A DNA stretch of 64,000 nt, taken from positions 15,118,722 through 15,182,721 of the forward strand of contig OZ037766.1 of assembly GCA_964035545.1 (NCBI GenBank). The letters are read 5' to 3'. This DNA is from Bugula neritina. Its lineage: Eukaryota > Animalia > Bryozoa. The notes under the pieces are model-generated. The model had not been told where the DNA came from. It worked only from the letters and a program-made list of their open reading frames with translations, and ran no database searches. Both the position numbers and the translations under genes were made by a program. Numbering within the stretch: position 1 is the first letter of the stretch; each line of letters starts with the position of its first letter. Of this stretch, positions 30,001 through 41,299 are shown piece after piece.

Positions 30001-33000
30001 GGCTATGTACTCAAATAAAAGTGATTAAGGCACTGCATGAAATGAGAATCTTAGCACACCAATTTGTATACAATACCAACACATTGATTATTTATACAAA
30101 ACATAGTGTACATAGGGTAATAAGAGAAGAGAGCCAAGCAAAGTAAATATTAAAAAGATCCAAAGCCTGGCAAAGTTTTGGCTGGACACTTGAGCCAGAC
30201 CAGTACCATAGAAACAATATCAGCCAATGAGAGTATGACTGAGAAACTGAAGGAGCATGAGGTGTAGCTATAGCATAGTAACTGGACTGCTGACAGAGAA
30301 TAATGTAAATAACACAGTTAGTCTATGAATCCACAAAGTATAACCTACTATAGAGAGCCCGTGCTGAGAGTTATAGACCTACCTGATTTCTCAGTGCTGT
30401 CGTCAGTCTTGGTAGAATGGTAGTAATCTTCATCTGAGCTGTAGACATCATCGTCCTCCGCCTCCTCATTCACTACTTCAGCAGACTGTGACTCCCTGTG
30501 GGCAGACAACTCTGTTAGAGAGCTGGCCTTCCTAGGTATTCGAGCATGGAAACTCCACTCCAGGTCAACTCTATCCGTAACTCTTGCCAGGTCAGGCATA
30601 CTGTGTCTACGTAATGGATACCGGCCTGTATAGTCTCTCAATTCTTGAGCAGAGAGACCCAACTCTTGACCTTGACTATCACGAGGCTCTGTCCAGTCCG
30701 TTTGCATAGAGTCATGTGACTCCTGTGTGTAACCAGTATGAAACTCGCTTTGATGGAGATTTACTTTTGGTTCCGGCATAGTACCAGTGTCCATGTGATC
30801 ATCAAACCCAGGTGACTGGGTGTCATTAGCTACAAAATAACATAATATCTTTATATTTTTATCTCATATCCAGATTTTTGACAAGGAATAGGTAGCAGAG
30901 AGAAAATAAAAAATCAGCAAGCACAAAGGTGTGAGTTGGCATATTTTGATGGTTACGATTATTGACTGATAGGGGAATCCCCTTTACAAAAAATGGAGGT
31001 TAGGGATTTTTATATAGTTACAAATATTATGCTGCTGAATCTGTTGAAACTAGTAAATGAATGTAATCCTCAGCATGGGTCTATAAGCATAGATCACCAA
31101 CAAAAGAAAAAAATACCCCTGCTTTTGGCAGAGCTATTACAATTGCCACCATAAAAAGTAGGCCTACTACATTTTTATTTCTAAACCCTGATGAGTCGAG
31201 TGTTGAATGCATAGAGTTATATAATCATCATAAAGTAACATTATGATGAGATTAAAGTTAGTTTTTCACAGAAAGTCTGAGGAGGGAGTACGGACATTTG
31301 AGGATTGGTATAGCTCGTAGTGGGAGGCTCAATACTTTCAAGGAAAAAGATAACTCTTCAGCCACATATTCCCATCACCAATAATTTCAAACTTGAAATT
31401 ATCTAAATGTACTAACATGACAACAGATAGTCCAAACCAATAAAGAAAATATTCTTGAAGAAAACTTACAGATGTGAAACATATTTTGCCATCTATTTTG
31501 GTAACATGAGAGTAATTCTGGAGATTTTATTGACTTTTTGTGCCACCAAAGGTAGCTTCATTAGACTCTATTACTCTGATGTCAGCTAAATGCTAATTTT
31601 AAACAGCCGTCTTTGTTCCTAACTTGCAACTGCTAGCACAATATCAGGTATTACTAGAAGGCGGAGTAATATCATTACATCATACTTCGAATATAGCATA
31701 TACAAGTTTTTAACTTGCCCCACTTCTAACAGTGGACACTTCCAACTCCAACAACATAAGCTATGGTAAATTGATGAAATTAAATCTAAATGTATTTTAG
31801 AGTTATTCTCACAGAATGTACACTCACAACATTTCATATGAAACTTACAGAATACGTGACCATTCGGTTCAGGAGGTACATGATGAATGTGAAGTTGAGG
31901 AGTTCCGTTGGTTGGTGGCACAGAGTTTACCAGCTCTGTCTGTTGGAGAGAGTTGTCTAGGTTCATTGTAGCAGAACCATCATCTCGGCGAGGAGGGACA
32001 GACCCTTCACTATTCTTCATATCAACTGTTGGGTATTCCATGTTCACTTTTGGAGTCTTTTTAGGTGGTTCTTCTGAGCTCATGGCTGAGTTGCTGCTGT
32101 CTTCAGCACTTGGTTCGTCAGATCTGGAGTGTGAGTGACAAACTTACAAATCATTCCAAAAGACTTTCATAAAATAATAGAATGATTACTACAGTTAACC
32201 ATAAAGTTATAGAATGTGTGAAAGAATTACAATTAATATGTGAGTTTCTGTACAATGAAACCATCAATAAAAAGGTGTTTAATCGAAAATAGCTACCCTC
32301 CATGATCACCAGAATTTAGTTAATCTGAATATGGTTGTATTAATATGTATTGTAGACAGAGAAGAGGGAAGTTGACTGCAATCAGCTGTTCTTAATAGCT
32401 GACAGTATGGCTGTAGAAATGGTCTTACTAGAATGTACACTTTATAGCGCATAACACAGCCAGGAATTCTTATAATAACATTTACTTTTCGAATTTGAGA
32501 ACATTGTACATTAAAGAGAACACTCAACAAACTAACATAACATACAGTGCATTAAATGATGCAAAAGGAATCAAAGTCTAAAGTTGCGTTTATACCTCTG
32601 CTGAAAAAAGTACCGAGTTTAAGTTAATAATGCTTGTCCGGGTACCCCTTTATAGTCAAAAATCAGTTTGAAATCATATTGATGCGGTTGCTCACTTTTT
32701 GAAATTGAAATTTGACTCGCATAATAGCTATTTGGTGCCCTTTGTAAACGTAGTGAATTAGTGAAGCAGACAGCATAAAAGCGATAATTGAGAAGGCGTA
32801 GGCTATATAATTATAACCGTATAAGTACGTTGTCTCATCGCCAAAGTAATAACTTTTACAATGCAATGCAACTCGGAGAAATTTCAACCCGGCCAAATTG
32901 AATTTCTGACCGAAAATCGTGAAGGTATAAAGGCAACTTGAAAGATTTACAGCCGATGAGAAACACTCAGAGTTTGATGGTGAAATACCTGTCTAAGGGT

Positions 33001-34852
33001 GACTCAGCAAGCTTGCTGTAGTCTAGTGTAGAAGCTATGGGGTCATCAAAAGACACATGTAGCTGTTTAATCTGTGTGCTGACTTGTTTGACGTCAGCGG
33101 TTACACCATTCACAGTAGTATGGTCTCCAGATGCTGTATTCCTTTCTGTTTCTTCATCTGCAATGTTTCCGCTGTCTATGTTATTACTTGCTGTTGTTCT
33201 AACTGCTGTTTCATGACTGGTAGGTTTAGTAGAGTCTGGAGGTCGATCTATTAAAACAAACAAATAATACTTTCTCCTTTATTGATGCAGAAAAGGACAG
33301 TATTTAAAGCTATAGAAATGGGGACTTTCGTATGTGCTGATCAGTTAAGCAGTATGCTGGTTTGCACGGTTGGGGGAATTCCCCTTGTCTAACAATTACT
33401 AGCTAATCAATACAATGGAGGTTGTATTTCAATAGCAGCATTGTCACAGGTTGAACTTGCAATGAATATAATACAACATTTAAATGTAAACACTAGAACA
33501 TATAGGATAAATCTAAGGTCATGACCATACATGTCAGTTTGCAATCTGGTATGAATAGGAACTTGTGCAAACTGTGTAAAGGTGCTTCTATACTTATACC
33601 TTTGCAATTTTCATTTAAAAAAGAGACAAACTCACCAAGTTTCCTCAAAATGATTGTCTTGTGACTTTCTTGGCACATTTTCGGCCAACGGAAACAGTTA
33701 TTTCTTTTAGCTATCCCATGAGAATGTTACTTTTTATAGTAAGTGACTCATTTGAAGGGAGTTAAAGAAAGCTTTAGTAAATCAAGTAAAAGGTTTAAAA
33801 TTTAAATTGTCTTCATCATCATAATTTGTATGAACGACTTTGCCAATAGGCTTCCAGTAACCATTAAAATAGTCATCCTATGTGACTAGAAAGTGCTACT
33901 CGATTTTGCATGACTGCTTTATGCAACAATCAATACCATTGGTTGGCAGCTAAGCTTTAGCTAGTATCTCTTGTGTGTAACCTTAAAATAAACTGTCACT
34001 TAGATTTACAAAATATCTTGGCATCTTTTATATCTCCTGACAGGGCAACTTAAAACAGCACCATCTGTTTATAAACATAGCCTAACTCACCTGACTTACT
34101 GCTGCATTCAACTCTGTTATATAGTAAGGCTGTCATATAAAATGCTGTCTAGAAACTAAGCTATAAAGAAAAGCTGAGCACACTAAATGTTCCTTGTAAA
34201 CTTGACTTTAATGCACTGTCAACTTGATTTATGGCATATGCTCTATAGTCTAAGTCTATACTCTGTGGCATATTATGCAGAGTTGAATCTAGGCATGATT
34301 TCTAATCTGTTCTATAGTTGGTGCTTCAGCTTTGAGTATTACTTAATTTAGTATCTCTATAAGCATAGACAGTTAACCTGTGGCTGCTTTCAATATTTGT
34401 CACAGATTACTGATGACTTTGTGATTTAACACTTATAAACATTTACTATTCACTCATTTTGCAGATGATCTAGATTCTAGAAACTTACAGAGTTCATATA
34501 TTTTTATTATACTTAACAAAAGCTTGAACTGCCTAAAACCATGCTAAAAACCTAACCATCAGTGTTAAGCAGCTTGTTCTCTTTGATGAGGTAACAAAGT
34601 GGTAGCAAATACTTGGAACATGTTGGCCTTGTAAATCAGCTTTTGCAAAACCTGGCAGCAAAATTATTTTTCTGTGAATGTAGAGCTTGCATGTCCAACG
34701 TTTACCACTAGTACTACAATGAATGAAAACCCACCTGGGAATCTGGTGCCACATTCAGGACAGAACTTGGCCAGACCCCTCTTGCCCTTAGGTTGTGGAG
34801 TGTCACATTCTGCGCAGAGTTGAGGAACCTCTTGAGGAACGTCTGATTGCAT
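1..34852 (-). CDS. RNF213: RNF213/mysterin-like giant AAA+ ATPase / E3 ubiquitin ligase; about 68 exons in the window, 3' part beyond the left edge
   Basis: Spliced exons give collinear RNF213 motifs: SNRAGVGKT, DPTWSELRHYVYFL, WESANHPYLFFN, YVLTMDNAKKILAIHQRLR, IIMGETGCGKT, ILFLDEANTT, LVYRVQALPQSL, VSLRDIQR, LVGKPGSSKS, VVVLDEVGLAE, ISNWALDPAKMNR, FFGLRDFY, LYESLYDALNQY, DLGLGTHRVK, FPIPLINRLEKH, CATGESVLRL, HIDD, ISFIDVRQNL. Junction phases checked at many exons stay in frame. Likely start ATG at 34852 (MQSDVPQ). Confidence 0.96.
751..1300. repeat. Intronic minisatellite, 20-bp unit CTACACTATGCTAATGTAGT, about 27 copies
   Basis: Near-perfect tandem array; unit junctions form the palindrome TGTAG-T-CTACA. 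Confidence 0.97.
1577..1606 (-). CDS. RNF213: 30-nt symmetric micro-exon (TALHVALLCE)
   Basis: TTATAG acceptor and GAG|GTACAA donor; phase 0-0 between exons ending QSESSE and starting NDEANG. Confidence 0.55.
4119..4328 (-). CDS. RNF213: Symmetric 210-nt exon encoding an additional, deviant RING-finger domain
   Basis: TTATAG acceptor and AG|GTATGC donor. Translation: MNMCPFDCDGCGEPLDQPYKLPCLQHYVGPCCREKMFSQDMASECPVASCRTRVSPEFEWNIDKAALIN. In frame with both neighbouring exons (phase 2-2). Confidence 0.8.
7648..8297 (-). CDS. RNF213: Two exons with AAA4 Walker A and Walker B
   Basis: ALKENVFMMIVCIENRIPLFLVGKPGSSKSL and SYMSAFQCSRH...VSVVVLDEVGLAEDSENMPLK; catalytic K and E are intact. Confidence 0.93.
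10594..11316 (-). CDS. RNF213: Three exons with AAA3 Walker A and Walker B
   Basis: IPVIIMGETGCGKTKLI | IHGGTTEEDI...SER | VPSVYTILFLDEANTTEAIGLVKEILCD...IIAACNPYR, with GT-AG introns in phase. Confidence 0.93.
11511..11690. repeat. 31-bp tandem repeat overlapping an exon donor site
   Basis: ATCTTATCTCAGTATCTGATGTATGACTAAT-like units start at 11511, 11542, 11573, 11604 and 11635; a sixth at 11666 spans the splice junction. Confidence 0.9.
13381..13690. repeat. Intronic AT-rich minisatellite, ~38-bp unit, about 8 copies
   Basis: TATAAA(G/T)ATAACATATAATAAATACTTCTAAAGTAATA repeated; G and T variants largely alternate. Confidence 0.92.
15482..15760 (-). CDS. RNF213: Exon with AAA2 Walker A motif
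   Basis: SMARLIRSNRAGVGKT...TIHLDIAHE matches the RNF213 AAA2 S-x-RAGVGKS...HLD pattern. Confidence 0.9.
28831..28871 (-). CDS. RNF213: 41-nt micro-exon encoding VKITKIVEKKKKK(R)
   Basis: ACAG acceptor and AG|GTAAGA donor. It converts phase 0 (exon ending NLEK) to phase 2, which the next exon (TMRCLTFKV) needs; without it the frame hits a stop. Confidence 0.8.
33320..33384. promoter_or_regulatory. kappaB-like sites in the first coding intron
   Basis: GGGGACTTTCG (33320-33330) and the perfect palindrome GGGGAATTCCCC (33373-33384). Confidence 0.4.
34735..34852 (-). CDS. RNF213: First coding exon of the RNF213-like gene: N-terminal zinc ribbon
   Basis: MQSDVPQEVPQLCAECDTPQPKGKRGLAKFCPECGTRFP has CxxC...FCxxCG, as at the RNF213 N-terminus. 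Phase-1 donor (CCAG|GTGGGT) joins in frame to exon ~32988-33247. Confidence 0.85.
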
Positions 34853-35599
34853 GTTACAGCAAGATGTACATGACTTACAATTGATATACTAAAAATTATA
34901 AAAAGAATTCTCATCCCTACACTAAACATATTTAGCAGTAGAAAAATGTACTATATTAAAACTAGATTGAAACCTGCTACACACTATAAATTATATACTT
35001 ATTGAGTAGCAGTAAATAGGAACAGGCAAGCATTAATATAACAGCAAAACATAAACCACAGCAAATGTGTCTGTATATTGCTAAAACTTTTTAACTAAAA
35101 AAAGAAATGCCAACAACTACAACTTTTATTTATAGTTAGAGACTCTTTGTCAAAACAGGTGGCAAATGTAACACTTTTGCAGACCAATATAAACTTGTAA
35201 TACTGCATTCACTTGAAAGCAAGTATATGTTAATGGTAGCACTTTCAATCTTGTAATAAATAGGCTGTTATGTATGTAATAATACATGTAATTATAAAAA
35301 GTAAACTAATAATGAAAGAAATAATGAATATTTACATTTTACACAATTTAAGCACTTGATAAATGGTTACATAAGAGCTGGAAATGAGAACAAAAGAATA
35401 TCTGTCCTATGTATAGAGAGCAGACTGACATGTTTCATGTTAAACTTAATCAAACTGAACACTCATTTTCAACATTCAATGCCCAAGGGTCTAAACTGCA
35501 ACACTATGCAGGTATACCCGTATACTGTATAGCACTAGCTAAAGATTTTATGTTGATATGGTAAAATATTAATAAGGATCCAAAATAAGCGACTAATGA

Positions 35600-36480
35600 T
35601 AGTAATACTAACATAAATAATTCAAAATCAATTCACAACAATTTAGTTATACTTTCAGCTTAGTATTACTACCGTTATAACTATCACTATGACCATGACT
35701 ATCACTAACAGTATTTCTATCAGTATTAATTATTGTAATTGCTAAACATTAAACTTTAAGTTAAAGTACTAGTACTACTGAGTTACTCTTACTTGTAGAC
35801 TTTAGACACAGTCTTACAGTCACTTTTACTTTTAGCAACAACTTATAGTTAGTGAGTTACAAACATAGGCTGTCACTCAGTGAAACTGAAACTCACTGAC
35901 AGCGAGTCACTGCCAGTGAGTTTCAGTTTGACTTTGAGCTTCTCTCTCACTCTGAGTCTCACTCTTAGCCTACAGCTATAAGTATAGGTATAAGATTAAA
36001 ACTAAATAATATCTAATAAGAACATGAATACGAACATAAACATAACTCATAATCAGTAATGATAATTATACTCATACTAATAGAGTAATACTAATAGTAA
36101 TACTAATAGTCACTCTATCATAATCACAATTACTATTACTGTATCAGTAGTATAGAGAATAAGAATTGCCCAATTGCCAATGCCCAATTGGTATTACTAT
36201 TACTGCTAGATTTACTTTTAGTATTACTATTACTATGAATATTACTATTAGTACTAGTACTACATTTACAGTAAATCAAAATGAAAATGATTTTCTTTGA
36301 CTTACTTTTAGTAAATGTAATATTATTACATTTTGATTTACAGTATAACTATAAGTATAAGTATTAGTATAAGTGTTACACTTACTATTACTGTACTAGA
36401 ACGAGAGGAATACTAGTTAATTATAATTATTATTATGATTATAATTATATGAGTATTCCTAATAATTAATAAATATTATG
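35600..36480. repeat. Degenerate low-complexity tract with 3/6-bp periodicity
   Basis: Runs of ACTATT, AGTAAT, ACTATC and AGTATA hexamers; no ORF. Confidence 0.7.
35882..35929. promoter_or_regulatory. Inverted pair of ISRE/IRF-E-like motifs about 1 kb upstream of the start codon
   Basis: GAAACTGAAACT (35882-35893) fits the GAAANNGAAACT consensus; mirrored AGTTTCAGTTT on the other arm of a perfect 16-bp inverted repeat. Confidence 0.4.
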
Positions 36481-38080
36481 ACAGTGCCAGTGGTCAAATG
36501 AAACTACAGTTTTACAAAGTAAAAGCTGAAGTACAGCTGCGCTCGGTTAGCCGACGCTTTTAGAAACATAGACGCCCCTTTTGTTTGAGTTACTGAAGCT
36601 TTGATTCATTTTTTCTCTTAGATTAAAAGTTCACTCATATAATATACCATATCTGATATAATTATGCTATAGTTATTATCGATTAGTTATCAGAAATAAA
36701 AATACTCTGACTACGACAGTTTTGCTTTAATATCAAAATATTTACAAATATTTTCATTGGAATTGAAGTTTTTGTTCATAGGTATTTCTAGCAGTATTTT
36801 ATGAATTTTCTCGCGTTCATGCGGGTATACAAGTTATCCCCATTCTCTTAATTAGAAAATTATTTGTAAAACCAGAGTTTGGGCTTGCTTAAACGTCATA
36901 CTGTGCTAAAAACAGCACCCAGTTGGAGGTGACTTGGTGCAACTTGAAAGTTGCACGAAGTCACCAAGATTGTCGGTGTGCACAACTCCAAAGTGAAAAA
37001 TTGTTTTCCATCGTATCAACAGCTAATATAAGCCTATATATGTAATTATAGCGAAGTGCCAACAGACACAAATGAGCATGTGGAACACATTGAATATATT
37101 GGTACTAACCTTTATCACCATGCAAGCCAAAATTCTGCCGACTTCAAATATGAGAGTAACTTTTTTCAATTTGGGGGAGGGTGAATTCGCAGTGAGTGAG
37201 CATTATTCAAAGGGGTAGCGGGTAGGTATTATGGACTTTTTAATTATTTGAGTAATGTAGATTTAATGTTCAAAATATTTTCTGGAAAGCACTTGTACAC
37301 TTATATTGCTGTTTTATGCAGCATACCAGCTGTTATAAAATTACTATGGAGATTCATCAAAAGCCAACGCTCAGAACATTTATGCTCTTTGCCATTAGGA
37401 GAGAAAAGAGAGACATATTCTTCCGTTAAAATATTATTCAAGGTTTCATCCCACTTGGGCGCTTTTTTATTTTGGCGCAATATATATAGTAATGTACATA
37501 TATAACTATTGCATTTACTGCTAAATATGAAATAAGCTACCAATGCCAGCTATTTGCTTTAACTCAATACTAATTTAGCTAGAGTTTATTTTATTGAGGT
37601 TTTTGGTTAGAACAGCATGTTAGACAAATAATTTTCAAGTAGCAATATTTTACATGGTTTTATGTGTTTATTTTAGTTTTTCAGTTTATAAAAAATGCTA
37701 TAAAAGGCTTTATGAAATATAAAAGTTTATCAATCAGTAATTAATAATTTATCATGGAACCAACAACAATCATCAAAAAGGGCCGAGGACTCAACCTTAT
37801 GCACAGAGGCTACAGGCATAAGAAAGATACCATTTGTGGACCAAAACAGCATTGGAGATGTGCGGAGGTTGGCTGCCCTGGCCGTGTGCACACAGAGTTG
37901 TAATATAGCAGTATGTGATATACCATGGAATGTATTTATGCCTTTTATTCTTTTATTAGTTTCTGGTAAAAATGGCAAAGGTAATAATAGAAAAGTTGGC
38001 TTGCTGATGGCTTTTTTGCTTTCTATTATGTGCTAAATAATATCATAAAATGCATATATTACACTAAAGTCTATAAACAT

Positions 38081-38308
38081 CGTCTAAGTGGGAGTCGTCT
38101 AAGTGGGAGTCGTCTAAGTGGGAGTCGTCTAAGTGGGAGTCGTCTAAGTGAGAGTCGTCTAAGTGGGAGTCGTCTAAGTGGGAGTCGTCTAAGTGGGAGT
38201 CGTCTAAGTGGGAGTCGTCTAAGTGGGAGTCGTCTAAGTGGGAGTCGTCTAAGTGGGAGTCGTCTAAGCGGGAGTCGTCTAAGCGGGAGTCGTCAAAGTG
38301 GGAGTCGT
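38081..38308. repeat. 15-bp minisatellite CGTCTAAGTGGGAGT, 15 copies
   Basis: Near-perfect array; it produces the spurious (SGSRL)n ORF. Confidence 0.97.
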
Positions 38309-41299
38309 TCTGTTAATGGTATACTGGATGGTTTCATTTTATTTATAAATAGTCACACTCTTAATATTCATGTTATTTATAGTAATCAGTTTGTGTTTGT
38401 AGATCTATACCATATATGCGTAGAGCCTTGGATGTGTAGAGCAATAAACTATATTAATCACTCTTCAAAATGCAAGCTTCTTTTGAGAATTATTGGCACC
38501 AACAATTACACATTGACTACAGTCAAGATATTGAGTAGAAATATTAAGAGAACTTCAGTATAACATATATCTGACACCAATTTGAATTTAATACAACACA
38601 AGTCATACAATAGATTCACAAACTTAGGACACTAATAATTATTACTAATACTCAGCAATAATCTGATGTTTCAGTGAAGCAGTTTAACGTAAAGTGTGCA
38701 GGATTAGTTTGAGAATATTTCAACAGTATAGAGTTATGTGTAGTGATAACAAATAATAAATATAGTAAACATTAGCCATGCTCATTTGAAACATCAATCA
38801 TGAACTAATCGAATTGGCTTGCAAACTGCAATATCCATCTATTCTGGCTCTCTATTGGCTATTGGTGAAACAGCGTGATAGTAGAATTTTGTTAATCTTA
38901 CAGTATAATCAGTATGTCTATTAGTAGTGGAAACTACAATAAAGGAAATAGATTTATTTATCAAAGAAGAAATGTATTATAATATGGCATCATGTTATAA
39001 AAGCAATCACCAGTGATCTAAAGCTATTATATAATCGCTAATAGCTATATATAGACAATGACAAAGTTTTGGCTAAAATTTTGCATTAAGAATCTATGTT
39101 AGAATTAGTTGACCTGAAAAAACCTCTACAATTACATCATTGCATTCAATACAATTCTTTGACGCATTATATTTTAGTAGATCTAGTGTTATTGTTTCAT
39201 ATAATAAAGATATGGTGTATGCACTACTCTTAATTAATAGAATCTAAGCCACGCCTAGGTTATAACTGTTAATAGTTGTGTTTTACATCTTGAAACAATT
39301 GCTGTTGAAACATTTTGCCTGTGTAACATCATTACATCTAACTGAAGCCATAATATGCTACATTCCATTCTAATTATTCAAACCATATTTATATTTTGTC
39401 ACTCATACTCGAGTACCTTACAACTCAGGTTACATCTTCGTACATAAGAACAACACCTATAGTACTCATGTGAATAAAGACCATCATAAACAAGTAACTC
39501 GGTGCAGTCATTACTGAGCAACACTCTTTCACATAAACAGTAACATCTTCTACATGCGTATGGATCCTACTGGATGTAGTACTCCACATTGCCTGCTCTA
39601 ACAGGTATGAGTTATAAAGGGTATCTTATTCTTTGATGCTGGAAACTTTATTGGAGCTGGAGATAAAATTTCAGTTTCCGCTAGAATCTCTGTATTATGT
39701 ATGGTTTCTGAGTTCTGCAGTTGGAGTATCTCATCACAGTATAAGTTTACTTCTTGCAATTTAATCTATCATATGCTTTTGGTAGTTCTTGCATTTGTAC
39801 ACAAATATACTTTTAAATATAACATAATTGATAATGTTGCAAGAACAATTTTTTGCTGGCATTGCAAACATATACAGATAGGTAAAACATTAAAAAGTAT
39901 TTTAATATGAACAAAAAGCAAAAACTCTAAAACACATGCCTTCACAAAATGGCATTAATAATACGATTCATATATGGGAATTGCTCCTTGGATAATAATA
40001 ATGTTTGAAAAGAAATTAGTGTGCCTCAACTACTTGCATATTTTATTTTAAGTACTTATTTATATACAGATTATTACAATAAGTGAGCAAAAATTTTGTA
40101 AAAATGGTCAACAATTAAGCATAACATAATGAAAGACACAATGATACATTAACTGCTTGTTTACTGAGTATACATGAAGCTACAATTATTTATTGTTGCT
40201 TCAACACGTAAACTTTTTATACTTTATAAGAAAACTATGGATTATATAAATACATGTACGTTGCTGCTTTTACTGAGCTATAGCTAAGCCTTCTGTTCTA
40301 TTCACTCTCCTGGCAGTGAAGATGTATTAGTAAGTTATAGTTCCTAATTATTACTAATAGTAACATTAAATTATGTCATAACTATTTGAACATCCATCAG
40401 CTCTTTACATGCACAACATAATATAGTGATATATTATTCATAATGATTTTACTTTTAGTTTAGCATTTTGCAATAACTCACCAGAAAAATATTTTGAATA
40501 TAAAACACTATTTTTCACAGTAAAAAGAGAGTACGTCCTTATAATTGTGTCACACTTGGAGATTTTTTCAAAGAGGTTTTCTGGTTTAAGAAGCAAGCTC
40601 TGTGTAGTCAAGGCAGAGTTCAAAGAAAAGATTGATCCTCATACAATATACAGGCACATTTCCTGCAAATTCGATAACATCAACATGTTGATAGCTCAAC
40701 TATGATTTGCTAAAACCTTTTACATGCTGAGTGTTATAATATATTACAGCATAATGCTACGTATCAAATATTTTTAAATAGCCTATGCAGTGCAATTGTG
40801 AAGTAGAAAATTAACAAAGAGAAAGATGTATTATAGAAAGCAGAGGTGCGTTCTACTCATAACAAGTTGCATTCTTGTGACATATATTAGCCTATACCAA
40901 ACAATGTTTCTGTTGTAAAAGCCAATGAAACTCATGTATGCAAAATGCTGATTTCACAAAAAACCACTGAAATTAAAACCAAATAAGTTCCAAAAATAAC
41001 AAATGGACATGGATGGAACGGATACCGGTGCGCTGGTGCTTGCTGGCATGAGAGGAAAAAAGACAGCTTTTCCAAAAGATGCTGAAAGCAGCATTATGCC
41101 AATAGAGAAAAAACTTGAACTTGAAAAAAGGCACTCTCATAGCACAATTTATTTGGTAAATTTGAAATAAATAAATTAAATTTTTTTTTAATAGCCATTC
41201 AAGAAACCAAGAATAAAGAGATCATGGTTTATAATGGTATAGAAACGTTTATTTTTTACGTTGAAAATATCTTTATTTTGCTAATCATGCATGAATTAA

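Noticed and set aside
31188-31210. CTGATGAG hammerhead-like seed in an intron
   Set aside because: No stem II, GAAA box or stem I partner follows.
38030-38563. 177-aa ORF with (SGSRL)n
   Set aside because: Translation of a stop-free 15-bp minisatellite; the flanks look non-coding.
39400-40720. Cys-rich coding-like patches on the minus strand
   Set aside because: Interrupted by stops and not assignable to a family by eye; possibly a decayed transposon, needs tBLASTx.
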